Shown: positions 19,055 through 29,483 of the stretch, one piece after another
How the letters are laid out: every line of letters starts with the position of its first letter
Position numbering within the stretch: the stretch's first letter is position 1
Assembly: GCA_018662325.1 (NCBI GenBank)
Contig: JABJGM010000014.1
Location: forward strand, 8,237 to 72,236
DNA from: a bacterium
GTDB lineage: Bacteria > Patescibacteriota > Gracilibacteria > UBA1369 > GCA-2718715
Length of the DNA stretch: 64,000 nt
Reading direction: 5' to 3'
Position numbers and translations under genes: made by a program
Notes under the pieces: generated by a model
Databases searched by the model: none
What the model was told of the DNA's origin: nothing
Seen by the model: only the letters and a program-made list of their open reading frames with translations

Positions 19055-21097
19055 ATGTCAAACAAACTACAAGAAGCTCAAGCTAGAGCGCAACAAGCAG
19101 CAAAACAAGCTGAATCATTAAGAAAACAACTAGAAGAAGCGCAACAAGCCGCAGAACAAGCACAGAAGGAATTCGAAGAAGCACAACAAGCAGCACAAGT
19201 AAGAGAAAATGAAATAAGAGATGAAATTAATACTGCAACGGAAGAAGTTTCTTATAAATTCGATTATTTTAAAGAAATTTTAAGATCAATCCCACCTAAA
19301 TTAATACTCAACTTTATTGCAAATCTACAAGATTTCACTGCACAAGATGTAAATATATTATTAAACACAAGTAAAGAAGGTGAACTAAACTTAGAAGCAA
19401 GCAATTTTACCGATCAAATTGTAGATCAATTAAATGAAAAATTAGCTGACTTTAATTTTGTATACTCTAAAAATGAAAATGGAGTTTTTATTTTAACAAA
19501 AAAAGACTCAGCATCAAGACAAGAAACAAATGAAAACCCAGAATCCGAAGTGGTAGGTAATATAGAAACGACAGATGACGCAAAAACACCAGAAACTGAC
19601 TCAAATATTGAAGCCCAAACAATAGATTTCAATAATAAAGAAACTTATATAGATATTGAAGTAAAACCAGAAAACCTTCCTAAAGCATACACTGTTGTAA
19701 CAAGAAATGTTAACGGTAAAACTCTTTACACAATAGTAGGTGAAAAATTAGATTTAAAAGGAGCGAATTTATCTGATGCTGATTTACAATTTGCTGATTT
19801 AACTGATGCTAATTTACAAGAAGCTAATTTACAAGGAGCTAATTTACAATATGCTGATTTAGAAGGAGCTAATTTACAAGGAGCTAATTTACAATATGCT
19901 GATTTAGAAGGAGCTGATTCAAGGGGAGCTAATTTACAAGGAGCTAATTTACAAGAAGCTAATTTACAAGGAGCTAATTTACAATATGCTGATTTAGAAG
20001 GAGCTAATTTACAAGGAGCTAATTTACAATATGCTGATTTAGAAGGAGCTAATTTACAAGGTGCTAATTTACAAAGAGCTGATTTACACGAAGTTAATTT
20101 ACAAGGAGCTAAATTACATAGTGCTAAATTACAAGGAGCTAAAGTATATAGTGCTAACTTAACTGATGCCGTTTTACAAGGAGCTGATTTACAAAGAGCT
20201 TGGTTACATAGAGCAAATTTTAAAAATGCAATTTTAACTAGAGCTGATTTACAATTTGCTGATTTAACTGAAGCTAATTTAGATGGAGCGAACTTATCAA
20301 ACGCAAACTTAAAAAATGCTAAACTTATAAAGTTAACAGGAGTTCCTAAGGAAGAAAATCTTCCAGATGGTTATGTGATTCAATCTAATGAAAATGGAAC
20401 CTTTAATATTCAATTAATTCCAGTCGAACCGGAGGTTGAACCGATTGATTTAGAAGAAATTAAGTTAGAATATACAATTGATGGAATAGATCACAGCCAA
20501 TTAATAGATATTAAGAAATTAACTAAACTTTTATTTGATAGAAGTTTTTCAGGCACAGGTGAAAAAATAATGAGAGCTTTATTGCATAGCATAAATAATC
20601 CTTTAACCGCAGCTGAACTTGCAAAACTAGCTGGATTAGATGAAGAAAAAAAGGGATATCCAAACAGATACATCAATAAGATTTTTAGTGAATTCTTGAA
20701 AGAAAGTTATGGAGAATTTATATTTATACCAAGAGCAACCGGATCTTTTAAAAAAATGTTCTTAACACTAAAGGAGGAATTTTATAGAAAATTAATAGCA
20801 GATTTAGAAACATCAACAAATGAAATTCCTGGTATTGAAACTGTGGAAAAATCAAATTCAAACGAGAATATTAATACTGAAAATATTCAAAACTCCCTTT
20901 CCAACGAAAAAACACAAGAGATAACAATAGAAGATGTATGTGAAGAAGTAATAGCAAAAACTCAAGCAGAAGTAAACGTACAAACGGAAGTAATAGATCA
21001 AGCAGAAGTAAACGTAACAGAAAATCCTAATAAAATAGTAGATGCGGCAAAACAAAAATTCGCAGATAGCTTACTTAGCTATCTAGCTAAAAAATAG
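19055..21097 (+). CDS. Pentapeptide-repeat protein with N-terminal coiled coil and two putative winged-helix domains
   Basis: Q/A/E-rich N-terminus; about 39 A(D/N)LxX repeats; flanking helix-helix-helix-hairpin segments; acidic tail. Confidence 0.9.
   Translation: MSNKLQEAQARAQQAAKQAESLRKQLEEAQQAAEQAQKEFEEAQQAAQVRENEIRDEINTATEEVSYKFDYFKEILRSIPPKLILNFIANLQDFTAQDVNILLNTSKEGELNLEASNFTDQIVDQLNEKLADFNFVYSKNENGVFILTKKDSASRQETNENPESEVVGNIETTDDAKTPETDSNIEAQTIDFNNKETYIDIEVKPENLPKAYTVVTRNVNGKTLYTIVGEKLDLKGANLSDADLQFADLTDANLQEANLQGANLQYADLEGANLQGANLQYADLEGADSRGANLQGANLQEANLQGANLQYADLEGANLQGANLQYADLEGANLQGANLQRADLHEVNLQGAKLHSAKLQGAKVYSANLTDAVLQGADLQRAWLHRANFKNAILTRADLQFADLTEANLDGANLSNANLKNAKLIKLTGVPKEENLPDGYVIQSNENGTFNIQLIPVEPEVEPIDLEEIKLEYTIDGIDHSQLIDIKKLTKLLFDRSFSGTGEKIMRALLHSINNPLTAAELAKLAGLDEEKKGYPNRYINKIFSEFLKESYGEFIFIPRATGSFKKMFLTLKEEFYRKLIADLETSTNEIPGIETVEKSNSNENINTENIQNSLSNEKTQEITIEDVCEEVIAKTQAEVNVQTEVIDQAEVNVTENPNKIVDAAKQKFADSLLSYLAKK
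19748..20335 (+). repeat. 15-nt tandem array with a 45-nt higher-order unit (ANLQG-ANLQY-ADLEG)
   Basis: GCTAATTTACAAGGAGCTAATTTACAATATGCTGATTTAGAAGGA occurs four times exactly between about 19823 and 20047. Confidence 0.95.
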
Positions 21098-21105
21098 GAA
21101 AAGTT

Positions 21106-21132
21106 AAAAGCCTTCAAGTGAAGGCTTTTTTT
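21106..21132. terminator. Bidirectional intrinsic terminator
   Basis: AAAAGCCTTCA-ag-TGAAGGCTTTT between convergent genes. Confidence 0.85.
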
Positions 21133-21325
21133 AATCTAAAATATATTCATTCAAATCTAAAATCAGTTCATCTATATCAATATTATGCAACTTAGCACCC
21201 TCCTCTAAAGTTTCAATATAAGCATTCACACAACCAACACAGCTTATACCATAATCAAAGAAAACTTCCATTGTTTCTGGGTAGCTTTCTATAACATCTT
21301 TGATTATCATGTCTTTGGTAATCAT
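21131..21325 (-). CDS. DUF1858 / hydrogenase-associated small Cys protein
   Basis: ITKDMIIKDVIESYPE...GISCVGC...ETLEEGAKLH. Confidence 0.85.
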   Translation of the reverse strand: MITKDMIIKDVIESYPETMEVFFDYGISCVGCVNAYIETLEEGAKLHNIDIDELILDLNEYILD

Positions 21326-21379
21326 AATTTTTTTTTCAAAAATAACACAAAATTACACTTCAATCAATCACCTATCACA

Positions 21380-23326
21380 ATGAATTTTTACGAATTAGTT
21401 ATCCTTCACTACAACAAACCATTAAATGCAACCTTCACCTATAGCATTAATCAAAAAATTCAAGCTGGAGACCTTTTAAAAGTAACAGTAAAGAACAAAG
21501 ATTATTTTGCAATTTGTTTTAAAGAGGTCGAAAAACCGGATTTTGAATGTAAAGAAGCCGAATTAATTTGTAAAAAAGCATTAAGCGACAACCAAATTCA
21601 AATAGCAAACTTTATACATAGTTACTATTGCTGCACAATTTCAAAAGCATATTCACTGTTTTTTTCAAAAAAATTACTAAAAGTTAGAAGTTTAAAAAAA
21701 ATTTCAGACTTCAAAGAAGAAGAAAGTATTCAAATACAGATCGAACAAGATCTATATGAATTAAATAAAAACCAAGAAGAGATTTATAAAAACATAAAAG
21801 AATCTAAAAATTTATATCACTTGATTCATGGAATTACAGGCTCTGGTAAAACTGAAATATACATGCATTTAATAAAGGATGCATTACATAAAAATCAAGA
21901 TGTTTTATTTTTAGTTCCTCAACTTAGTTTGCTTCCACAAATGAAAAAAAGACTAGAAAAAGCATTCCCTAATACAAATATTCTTGAGCACTCCCATAAA
22001 GTTTCATCAAAAGAGTACTCTGAAAACTATATAAACTGCAAAGCTAAAACTTCAAGTATAACAATCTCATCAAGAAGTGGACTTTTTCTTCCATTTAACA
22101 ACCTAGGCTTAATCATTATGGATGAAGAACACGATCAAAGTTACAAACAAGACCAAACACCAAAATATCACGCCAAAAGTATCGTTCAAAACCTAGCTAA
22201 ACTAAGTAATTCAAAATTAATTTTAGGATCTGCAACCCCAAGTTTAGAAACATTTAAAGCTAGTCAAAACAAAGTGGTAGAAATTCATAAATTAAACAAA
22301 AAATTTAAAGACATAAATAAACCAGAAATAACTGTCGTTGATATTTCAAACCACCTTCTGAAAAATCCTAACCACTACTTATCCCCCAACCTTATATCTG
22401 CAATTTCAGATAGCATACATGAAAAAAAACAAGTTTTATTACTCTCAAATAGAAGAGGATACAGTAACTTTTTAATGTGCTTAGACTGTAAAGAAATAAA
22501 TGAATGTGACAACTGCGCGACAAGTTTTACAGTCCATAAAAATAGTCAGTATCAATACTTAAAGTGTCATTACTGTAATAATAGCAAATCAATCCCAATC
22601 AAATGTAGCAAATGTGGAAGCACCAAACTACAAAACTTTGGGTCTGGAATCCAAAACCTAGATGAATTATTAAAAGAAGAATTTCCAAAAGCAAGAATTC
22701 TAAGAATGGACTCAGACTCAACATCAGCAAAAAATTCAATCAAAGAAATCCATGAAAAATTAGACTCCAACGATTTTGATATAATCCTGGGAACACAAAT
22801 GGTAGCCCAAGGATTAGATCTGAAAAGACTAAATTTAGTTGGTGTTATATTTGCCGAAGAGAATTTAAATCTTCCAGATTTTAGAACCCATGAAAGATAC
22901 ATTCAACTTTTAAATCAGGTAGTTGGAAGAACCGGAAGGCATACCAAAAACTCTAAGGTAATAATCCAAACATTAAAACCCGAGAATAAACTTTTTCATC
23001 AATTCTTAGACGAAAACCTAAATTCATTCTTAGAAGAGGAACTAAATCGCAGGAAAAAATATCACTTTCCGCCTTTTAGTAAATTAACTAAAATTGAATT
23101 CAAAGAAAAAGATTTAAATAAACTAAAAACTAAAACCAAAAACTTAGAGCGAAAACTTAATCAAAACCGTGTGAAATTCCACTCAGTAACTCCGCTTATA
23201 TACCGAAAAAACAATCTATTTATCCACCATATTTTTTTACAAAACACAAATCCTTTAAAATATATCCAAGAATTAATCCTAGATCCAAACTGTATTATTG
23301 ATAGAGACCCTCAAAGTACTCTTTAA
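21380..23326 (+). CDS. priA: Primosomal protein N' (replication restart helicase)
   Basis: [25 protein letters not shown], four CxxC pairs, [15 protein letters not shown]. Confidence 0.96.
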   Translation: MNFYELVILHYNKPLNATFTYSINQKIQAGDLLKVTVKNKDYFAICFKEVEKPDFECKEAELICKKALSDNQIQIANFIHSYYCCTISKAYSLFFSKKLLKVRSLKKISDFKEEESIQIQIEQDLYELNKNQEEIYKNIKESKNLYHLIHGITGSGKTEIYMHLIKDALHKNQDVLFLVPQLSLLPQMKKRLEKAFPNTNILEHSHKVSSKEYSENYINCKAKTSSITISSRSGLFLPFNNLGLIIMDEEHDQSYKQDQTPKYHAKSIVQNLAKLSNSKLILGSATPSLETFKASQNKVVEIHKLNKKFKDINKPEITVVDISNHLLKNPNHYLSPNLISAISDSIHEKKQVLLLSNRRGYSNFLMCLDCKEINECDNCATSFTVHKNSQYQYLKCHYCNNSKSIPIKCSKCGSTKLQNFGSGIQNLDELLKEEFPKARILRMDSDSTSAKNSIKEIHEKLDSNDFDIILGTQMVAQGLDLKRLNLVGVIFAEENLNLPDFRTHERYIQLLNQVVGRTGRHTKNSKVIIQTLKPENKLFHQFLDENLNSFLEEELNRRKKYHFPPFSKLTKIEFKEKDLNKLKTKTKNLERKLNQNRVKFHSVTPLIYRKNNLFIHHIFLQNTNPLKYIQELILDPNCIIDRDPQSTL

Positions 23327-23673
23327 TACAATCTAGTCCCATTAGGAATTTTTTTATCTGTCGTAGATAAAACAACTTCCCCATCTTCCAAAACAAATCC
23401 TGTTACTAAAAATTCAGACATAAAAGGTCCAACTTGTTTAGGTGGAAAGTTGGTAACTGCAATAATTTGTTTTCCAAGCAACTCTTCTTTAGAATAAAGT
23501 TTTGTAACTTGAGCACTAGACTTTCTTCTACCAATTTCTTCTCCAAAATCAACCCATATTTTATACGCAGGATTCCTTGCTTCTGGAAAATCTTGTACAT
23601 CAACTATTGTTCCAGCTGTTAATTCAACCTTAGTAAAATCTTCCCAGTTAATTAAATTTTTATTCATCTTCAT
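23323..23673 (-). CDS. csaA: CsaA-type tRNA-binding/secretion chaperone (start may be 23667)
   Basis: [10 protein letters not shown]...DFG...SSAQVT...[15 protein letters not shown]. Confidence 0.9.
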   Translation of the reverse strand: MKMNKNLINWEDFTKVELTAGTIVDVQDFPEARNPAYKIWVDFGEEIGRRKSSAQVTKLYSKEELLGKQIIAVTNFPPKQVGPFMSEFLVTGFVLEDGEVVLSTTDKKIPNGTRLY

Positions 23674-24430
23674 TTCTTAAAAAATTTATTATTTTTGAAC
23701 TATCATAACTTCTATCAATTATAGATTCTCTTAATAAGCAGTCAAAGCTCTCTTTTTGAGAACTATCAAATTTATTAATTTTCAAATAATCATCTGCATA
23801 AAATCTCAATTGATTATCTGAAGTATCAAAAGATCTAGGAACTAAAGAATCAACTATTAATCTATTAAAATTATTTATTTCATTATAGATTTCTAATAAT
23901 TTATTTCTTTTATTTTCAATTTTTAAAAATTCAGAATTTAAGAAAACTAAAGAATCAACCACTTCCTTCACAGAAGTGGATCCATAAATTTCTTTTAATA
24001 TAAATTCAACCGAGAAAAAAGCTTTCAAAAAAAGCTCTAATTTTGAACGATCATCACAAAGCTTTGAATCTAAGATTAAATATTGATTTTGAGCAACAAA
24101 TTGATCTAAATTTTCTGACTGTAAAGTTGACTGCTTGAAATCAAAAATCAGTTTAAAAATTTGATCTTTAAAAGTTGAATCATTAAACAAACCTAAAAAA
24201 TATTCAATTGAATTAAAATAATCCTTTAAGAAATAAACAGTATCACCTTTATTTAAACAAGATAAAACATTTAATTCATCTGAAAATAATTCTTCTTCAA
24301 TTTTTTCAACCTGATCAACTAATAATTGAAAATTAATCAATAATTCACTTTGATAATTATTTAAGCTTGAAAGGCCATAAACAATATAATCAACAAAACT
24401 TAATTTAATTCTCTTTTGTAATCTTTCCAT
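23660..24430 (-). CDS. Hypothetical helical protein
   Basis: 256-aa ORF overlapping the csaA start; no motif recognised. Confidence 0.65.
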   Translation of the reverse strand: MERLQKRIKLSFVDYIVYGLSSLNNYQSELLINFQLLVDQVEKIEEELFSDELNVLSCLNKGDTVYFLKDYFNSIEYFLGLFNDSTFKDQIFKLIFDFKQSTLQSENLDQFVAQNQYLILDSKLCDDRSKLELFLKAFFSVEFILKEIYGSTSVKEVVDSLVFLNSEFLKIENKRNKLLEIYNEINNFNRLIVDSLVPRSFDTSDNQLRFYADDYLKINKFDSSQKESFDCLLRESIIDRSYDSSKIINFLRNEDE

Positions 24431-24674
24431 AATTTTTTATTAAATTGATATATTTTTAAACTACTCAACTTAAAAAAACAAGGTGTTATAAAAAAAAACA
24501 CATCTTCAAAACAATTAAGACATATAATAAAAAAACAAAAAGATAAAGAAATAAAATTTCCATAACAAACAATATTCATAGTTTTTATTATATATTTATC
24601 ATCCAAATCTTAACAACTTAAAAATTTGCAAAAAATTAAAATAAATTTTAAACTTAAAAAAAGTAATTTTAATT

Positions 24675-25646
24675 ATGCAATCACTAATAACTGGAATTAA
24701 ACCAACCGGAAAAATTCATCTAGGAAATTACTTTGGAGCTTTTAAACCGGCCTTTGAATTTCAAAAAGATTATCAAAGCTACATTTTTTTAGCTAATCTA
24801 CACGCATTGAATCAGATTCAAGACGGGAAAGAATTAAAAGAAACCAGTTTTGATTTATGTGCGAACCTAATATCTCTTGGTTTAGACACAGAAAATTCCA
24901 ACTTTTTCTTACAAAGTGATGTTCCAGAACACGCAGAATTATGCTGGATTCTTTCTACAATCTGTTCATTTGGAGTGCTAGAAAGAGCTCATGCATGGAA
25001 AGACTTTAAAAACAAAGGATTAAAAGATCCAAAACTCGGACTTTTTTCATACCCAGTCTTAATGGCTGCTGACATCCTTTTATATAACGTAGACATTGTC
25101 CCAGTCGGAAAAGATCAAAAACAACATGTAGAAATAGCAAGAGACTTAGCTCACAAATTTAATGGAATTTATGGTGATACTTTTATTTTACCTACACCAG
25201 TAATTCAAAAAGAGGTTGAAACAATAACTGGTATCGATGGTCAAAAAATGAGTAAATCATACGACAATATTATTGCAATTTTTGAAGACGAAAATCTTGT
25301 CAAAAAATCAATTATGAAAATCCAAACCGATAGCTTACCTGTGGACGCAGTTAAAGATCCAAACACATGCAATATTTTTCAAATTTATAAACATATGGCT
25401 AACACGCAAGAATTAGCAAACTTTAAAGATAAATATTTAGCTGGAGGGCTTTCATACGGTGAAGCTAAAAATACACTTTTTGATAAATTTATGGTTTATT
25501 TCAAAGAAGCTCGCGCAAAGAAAGTAAAGCTTCTGGAAAAACCAGATCAAATACATCAAATTTTAGAAAAAGGTAAACTACAAGCTAAAAAAAGAGCTCA
25601 AACAACCTTAAACCTAGTAAAAGAAAAAACCGGACTAACCCTGTAA
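24675..25646 (+). CDS. trpS: Tryptophan--tRNA ligase
   Basis: HLGN, YPVLMAADILLY, GKDQKQH, KMSKS. Confidence 0.97.
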   Translation: MQSLITGIKPTGKIHLGNYFGAFKPAFEFQKDYQSYIFLANLHALNQIQDGKELKETSFDLCANLISLGLDTENSNFFLQSDVPEHAELCWILSTICSFGVLERAHAWKDFKNKGLKDPKLGLFSYPVLMAADILLYNVDIVPVGKDQKQHVEIARDLAHKFNGIYGDTFILPTPVIQKEVETITGIDGQKMSKSYDNIIAIFEDENLVKKSIMKIQTDSLPVDAVKDPNTCNIFQIYKHMANTQELANFKDKYLAGGLSYGEAKNTLFDKFMVYFKEARAKKVKLLEKPDQIHQILEKGKLQAKKRAQTTLNLVKEKTGLTL

Positions 25647-25649
25647 GAA

Positions 25650-27260
25650 ATGAACACGAAATATATATTTATAACTGGAGGAGTTTGCTCATCACTAGGC
25701 AAAGGTATATCCACCTCCAGTATTGGAGCTATTTTAAAAAGCGCCGGATTAAAAGTATTCGTAATGAAACTTGATCCATACCTAAACGTAGACCCTGGCA
25801 CAATGAGCCCGTATCAGCACGGAGAAGTCTTTGTAACAGACGATGGAGCAGAAACCGACTTAGACCTTGGCCACTACGAAAGATTCATAGACGAGCCACT
25901 TTCTAAAGAATCATCAATTACCTCAGGTAAACTTTACTCCGAAGTAATTGAAAACGAACGTCAAGGAGTCTATTTAGGTGGAACCATACAAATTATTCCT
26001 CATGTTACAGATTTAATTAAAGAAAAAATAATCTTTGCAGGTAAAAAACATAATGCAGAAGTAGTTTTAGTTGAATTAGGGGGAACAGTTGGAGACATAG
26101 AAGGTCCACACTATTTAGAAGCAATCCGACAAATGAGAAACCAACTTGGAATCCAAAACACTCTTTTTATTCACGTTACTTTACTACCTTTCTTACAAGC
26201 CTCTAAAGAACTAAAAACTAAACCCACTCAAGCTTCAATTCGTGAACTAAGAAGTATTGGAATCCAACCAGATTTTATTTTCTGTAGAGCTGATATGGAT
26301 ATTGAACAATCTTTACTGAGAAAAATCTCAATGTTTTGTGATGTAAAAGAAGAAAATGTAATCCCCCTTCCAACTCTAAATTCAATCTACGAAGTACCAA
26401 GACATCTAGAAAACTTCGAATTAGCAGAAAAAATCGCAATACAATTCAAACTGCCAAACTTACAAACTAAACTTTTAGACTGGGATCAATTTACAAAGAA
26501 AGTAAAAAATCTTAAGAAAGAAATCAAGGTTGGAATAGTTGGTAAATATATAGAACTCGAAGATGCATATTTAAGCCTAAGTGAATCAATAAAAATTGCT
26601 GGAATCCATCAAGATACTAAGACCAACATTCAATGGATCGACGCTGAGTTAATCGAAAAAAACGATAAAAAAGAACAAGAAAAACTTAGCAGTTGCCAAG
26701 CTGTAGTTGTTGCAGGAGGATTTGGAGAACGCGGAACCGAAGGAAAAATCAAAGCTCTAAACTACTGCAGGAAAAACAAAATTCCTCTGCTTGGAATTTG
26801 TCTTGGAATGCAATTAATGGCAATTGAATACTTAAGAGAATTAACCAAAAATCCAAATTTAACATCTGAAGAATTCGACGAAAGTCGCAATCAAAACAAA
26901 CAGAACTACGTAGTCCACTTCTTACCCGGACAAAACATAAACAGAAAAAAAGGTGGAACCCTAAGACTCGGTTCCTATGAATGCAAGCTTAAAAATGATT
27001 CAATTGTACACAAAGCTTATCAAAAAAACCTTATCAACGAACGCCATAGACACAGATACGAATTTAATTCAGATTTTAAAAAACACTTTGAAAATTCAGA
27101 AATGATAATCTCAGGAATTAACCCTGAAAGTCAATTAGTTGAAATAATAGAAGCAAAAGATCATCCTTTTTACGTTGGTTGTCAATACCATCCAGAATTT
27201 TTATCTAGACCTCTTAAACCTCATCCGTTATTTGAAGCCTTAATTAAAAACTCTAAGTAA
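25650..27260 (+). CDS. pyrG: CTP synthase
   Basis: GGVCSSLGKG, DPYLNVDPGTM, GICLGMQ, ERHRHRYE, QYHPEF. Confidence 0.98.
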   Translation: MNTKYIFITGGVCSSLGKGISTSSIGAILKSAGLKVFVMKLDPYLNVDPGTMSPYQHGEVFVTDDGAETDLDLGHYERFIDEPLSKESSITSGKLYSEVIENERQGVYLGGTIQIIPHVTDLIKEKIIFAGKKHNAEVVLVELGGTVGDIEGPHYLEAIRQMRNQLGIQNTLFIHVTLLPFLQASKELKTKPTQASIRELRSIGIQPDFIFCRADMDIEQSLLRKISMFCDVKEENVIPLPTLNSIYEVPRHLENFELAEKIAIQFKLPNLQTKLLDWDQFTKKVKNLKKEIKVGIVGKYIELEDAYLSLSESIKIAGIHQDTKTNIQWIDAELIEKNDKKEQEKLSSCQAVVVAGGFGERGTEGKIKALNYCRKNKIPLLGICLGMQLMAIEYLRELTKNPNLTSEEFDESRNQNKQNYVVHFLPGQNINRKKGGTLRLGSYECKLKNDSIVHKAYQKNLINERHRHRYEFNSDFKKHFENSEMIISGINPESQLVEIIEAKDHPFYVGCQYHPEFLSRPLKPHPLFEALIKNSK

Positions 27261-27267
27261 AAATATC

Positions 27268-27798
27268 TTACAAAATAGCAAAAGCTCTAATTGGGGATCC
27301 GTCCCCTTTTTTTATTTTCAATGGAACACCAAAAAAAGTAAAAACTTGACCTTTTGGTATCGCTTCAACATTTATTAAATCAGTAAAAGTTATCACACCA
27401 GACCCTAAAAGTTTTCTTTCAACCTCAACAGGAAAATCAACTTTAGAAGAAACTGCAACGAACTTAGAATTTAAATTTAAAATCTTATCAACTAAGTCTA
27501 AATCAAAAACCCCAGAGTCAAAAAGCAAACCAAGACCTTCAGGAATTTTATCACCAACCGACAATCTAACTGCATCACCAATAAACCTATCTAATTTTAA
27601 ATCAGATAACGTTTCTGCATCAGAATGCATATGAATAGGAGCATCAACATGTGTTCCAGTATGAGATCCAAAAGACAACGACTTTAAATTCCAACCATCT
27701 TGATCAATAAAATGAAGATCCTCTATCTTAACCTTAGGATCACCATCATACACAGGCATTGAATCATAAATCTCCTGAGATAAATCTATTATTTTCAT
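27268..27798 (-). CDS. Cyclase-family metal-dependent hydrolase (kynurenine formamidase-like)
   Basis: DLSQ, HTGTHVDAPIH, PLKIKKGDGSPIRAFA. Confidence 0.88.
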   Translation of the reverse strand: MKIIDLSQEIYDSMPVYDGDPKVKIEDLHFIDQDGWNLKSLSFGSHTGTHVDAPIHMHSDAETLSDLKLDRFIGDAVRLSVGDKIPEGLGLLFDSGVFDLDLVDKILNLNSKFVAVSSKVDFPVEVERKLLGSGVITFTDLINVEAIPKGQVFTFFGVPLKIKKGDGSPIRAFAIL

Positions 27799-27842
27799 TA
27801 ATACTTAGTTAACAAAAAAAGAATAACACAAGTTAGATATTT

Positions 27843-27871
27843 TTGACAAAAACAACAAATAACGATAGGAT
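27843..27871 (+). promoter_or_regulatory. sigma70-type promoter of the ABC-F leader
   Basis: TTGACA (27843-48), 17 nt, TAGGAT (27866-71). Confidence 0.65.
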
Positions 27872-27892
27872 ATTTTCAAATTAATCAAAACG

Positions 27893-27985
27893 ATGTTTAG
27901 TTCTACATTTCTAAAAGATCGAAAAACAGAAACAATGCTAAAATACATTGGTAGAACTTTGAGTCTTGCGTTTACTGATTGCTAA
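27893..27985 (+). CDS. Putative 30-aa leader peptide MFSSTFLKDRKTETMLKYIGRTLSLAFTDC
   Basis: uORF between promoter and ABC-F gene, overlapping alternative hairpins. Confidence 0.5.
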   Translation: MFSSTFLKDRKTETMLKYIGRTLSLAFTDC

Positions 27986-28056
27986 GTTATAGGGATTTAG
28001 CATTAGACATATCGCTATCAAACCTAAATAAAAAATAATTATTTAACTTTTTAGCT

Positions 28057-29445
28057 ATGTTAACAGTAAAAAACTTAACAATTCATATAAACGAGCAAAC
28101 TCTTTTTAAAGATTTTAATTTATCCTTAGATTCCAAATCCAAAAAAAAGATAGCTCTACTTGGAAAAAACGGGTCTGGTAAATCATGCCTAGTAAAATCT
28201 ATTACTGGAGAATTTGAAAATTTCAGAGGACAAATCAATATTCAAAATGAAAACATTAGTTATTTCAAACAAGAATATAATTTCAACAACCATCAATTAG
28301 TAGGAGAATATTTGGAGGGTTTACTTGAATACGATTACGAATACTACAAAATAGAACAAATTTTAGAGACCTTAAAATTAAATGAAGAGATTACTTTAAA
28401 AACATTCTCAGAACTTTCCGAGGGGCAAAAAATCAAAATCAGACTCGGCGAAATTCTCCTCCAAGAACCAAGCATTCTAATTCTAGATGAACCAACCAAT
28501 CATTTAGACCAAAAATCAATCGATTTCTTTGAAACTTTCATTCAAGAATTTCAAGGTTCAATTTTATTGATTACACACAACACTCAATTATTAAGAAATT
28601 GTATCAATAAAATTTATGAGATCAATAATCAAACTAAAAGCATAGATTTCTACGATGGTAATTTTGACCATTGGTGGACTCAAAGAACCCATAGAATTCA
28701 AAGTCAAAAAAAAGATTTAAAACAACTTCAAAAACAAAAGAAGGAAATACAAAACTGGCTAAAAGCTAATGAGCTCATCCCTAAATATAGATTTTCAAGT
28801 TATGTTGGAGCACAAAAAAAACAATTAGAAAAACTAAATATAGAAATTTCAAATATTCAAATCATCAAAGACACAGATCTTAAAATATCTAGCAGGGATA
28901 ACTCAAAAGAAAAATCTAAACTTCTCTACCAAGAAATTTTCAAAGAGCAAAAAATTCAAATTCGTAAAAATCAAACCACTCAGATCAAAGGTCCAAACGG
29001 AATAGGAAAAACATATTTATTAAATCAAATATTTAAAGAATTTACTTCCAACAAAGATCTACTAAAAGAAGGCTACAAAATCGAAATCTTAGAGCAAATT
29101 TCAAGCTTTAAAAAAGATTGCAAGTTAGATAAATATTTAGAATCAAATCACTTACTTGAAAAACAAAAAACTTATCAATTAATAGATCAATTAGATTTAA
29201 AAAGATTATTAAAAAATAAACTAAGTGAATTAAGCGGAGGAGAAAAAAAGAGAATTAAACTCCTTGAATTAATTGCTTCCAATCCAAATATTATATTATT
29301 AGACGAACCCACAAACCATTTAGATATTTACAGCCAAATATCCTTAATAGAATGGATCAACAATAACAACAAAACAGTAATCTATGTAAGCCACGACAAA
29401 AACTTCTACAAATACATCCAAAACGACCATGAAATCGACTTATAA
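28057..29445 (+). CDS. ABC-F family ribosome-associated ATPase
   Basis: Two NBDs (GKNGSGKS / LSEGQ / LDEPTNHLD and GPNGIGKT / LSGGE / LDEPTNHLD); no TM domain. Confidence 0.92.
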   Translation: MLTVKNLTIHINEQTLFKDFNLSLDSKSKKKIALLGKNGSGKSCLVKSITGEFENFRGQINIQNENISYFKQEYNFNNHQLVGEYLEGLLEYDYEYYKIEQILETLKLNEEITLKTFSELSEGQKIKIRLGEILLQEPSILILDEPTNHLDQKSIDFFETFIQEFQGSILLITHNTQLLRNCINKIYEINNQTKSIDFYDGNFDHWWTQRTHRIQSQKKDLKQLQKQKKEIQNWLKANELIPKYRFSSYVGAQKKQLEKLNIEISNIQIIKDTDLKISSRDNSKEKSKLLYQEIFKEQKIQIRKNQTTQIKGPNGIGKTYLLNQIFKEFTSNKDLLKEGYKIEILEQISSFKKDCKLDKYLESNHLLEKQKTYQLIDQLDLKRLLKNKLSELSGGEKKRIKLLELIASNPNIILLDEPTNHLDIYSQISLIEWINNNNKTVIYVSHDKNFYKYIQNDHEIDL

Positions 29446-29470
29446 AAAAGGGAGCAATTAAGCTCCTTTT
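29444..29470. terminator. Bidirectional intrinsic terminator
   Basis: AAAAGGGAGC-aattaa-GCTCCTTTT between convergent genes. Confidence 0.7.
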
Positions 29471-29483
29471 CTATAATTAAAAT

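Noticed and set aside
19748..20335. CRISPR array
   Set aside because: Repeats are contiguous in-frame 15-mers without unique spacers, and no cas genes are present
20945..21016. 19-nt direct repeat (QAEVNV twice) as an att or insertion site
   Set aside because: In-frame micro-duplication in a low-complexity acidic tail; no integrase or transposase nearby
21192..21202. CIRCE half-site TTAGCACCCTC
   Set aside because: Inside a CDS and lacks the second arm
24400..24606. 68-aa ORF and other short antisense ORFs in the track
   Set aside because: Low-complexity AT-rich sequence, or opposite well-supported genes, with no motifs
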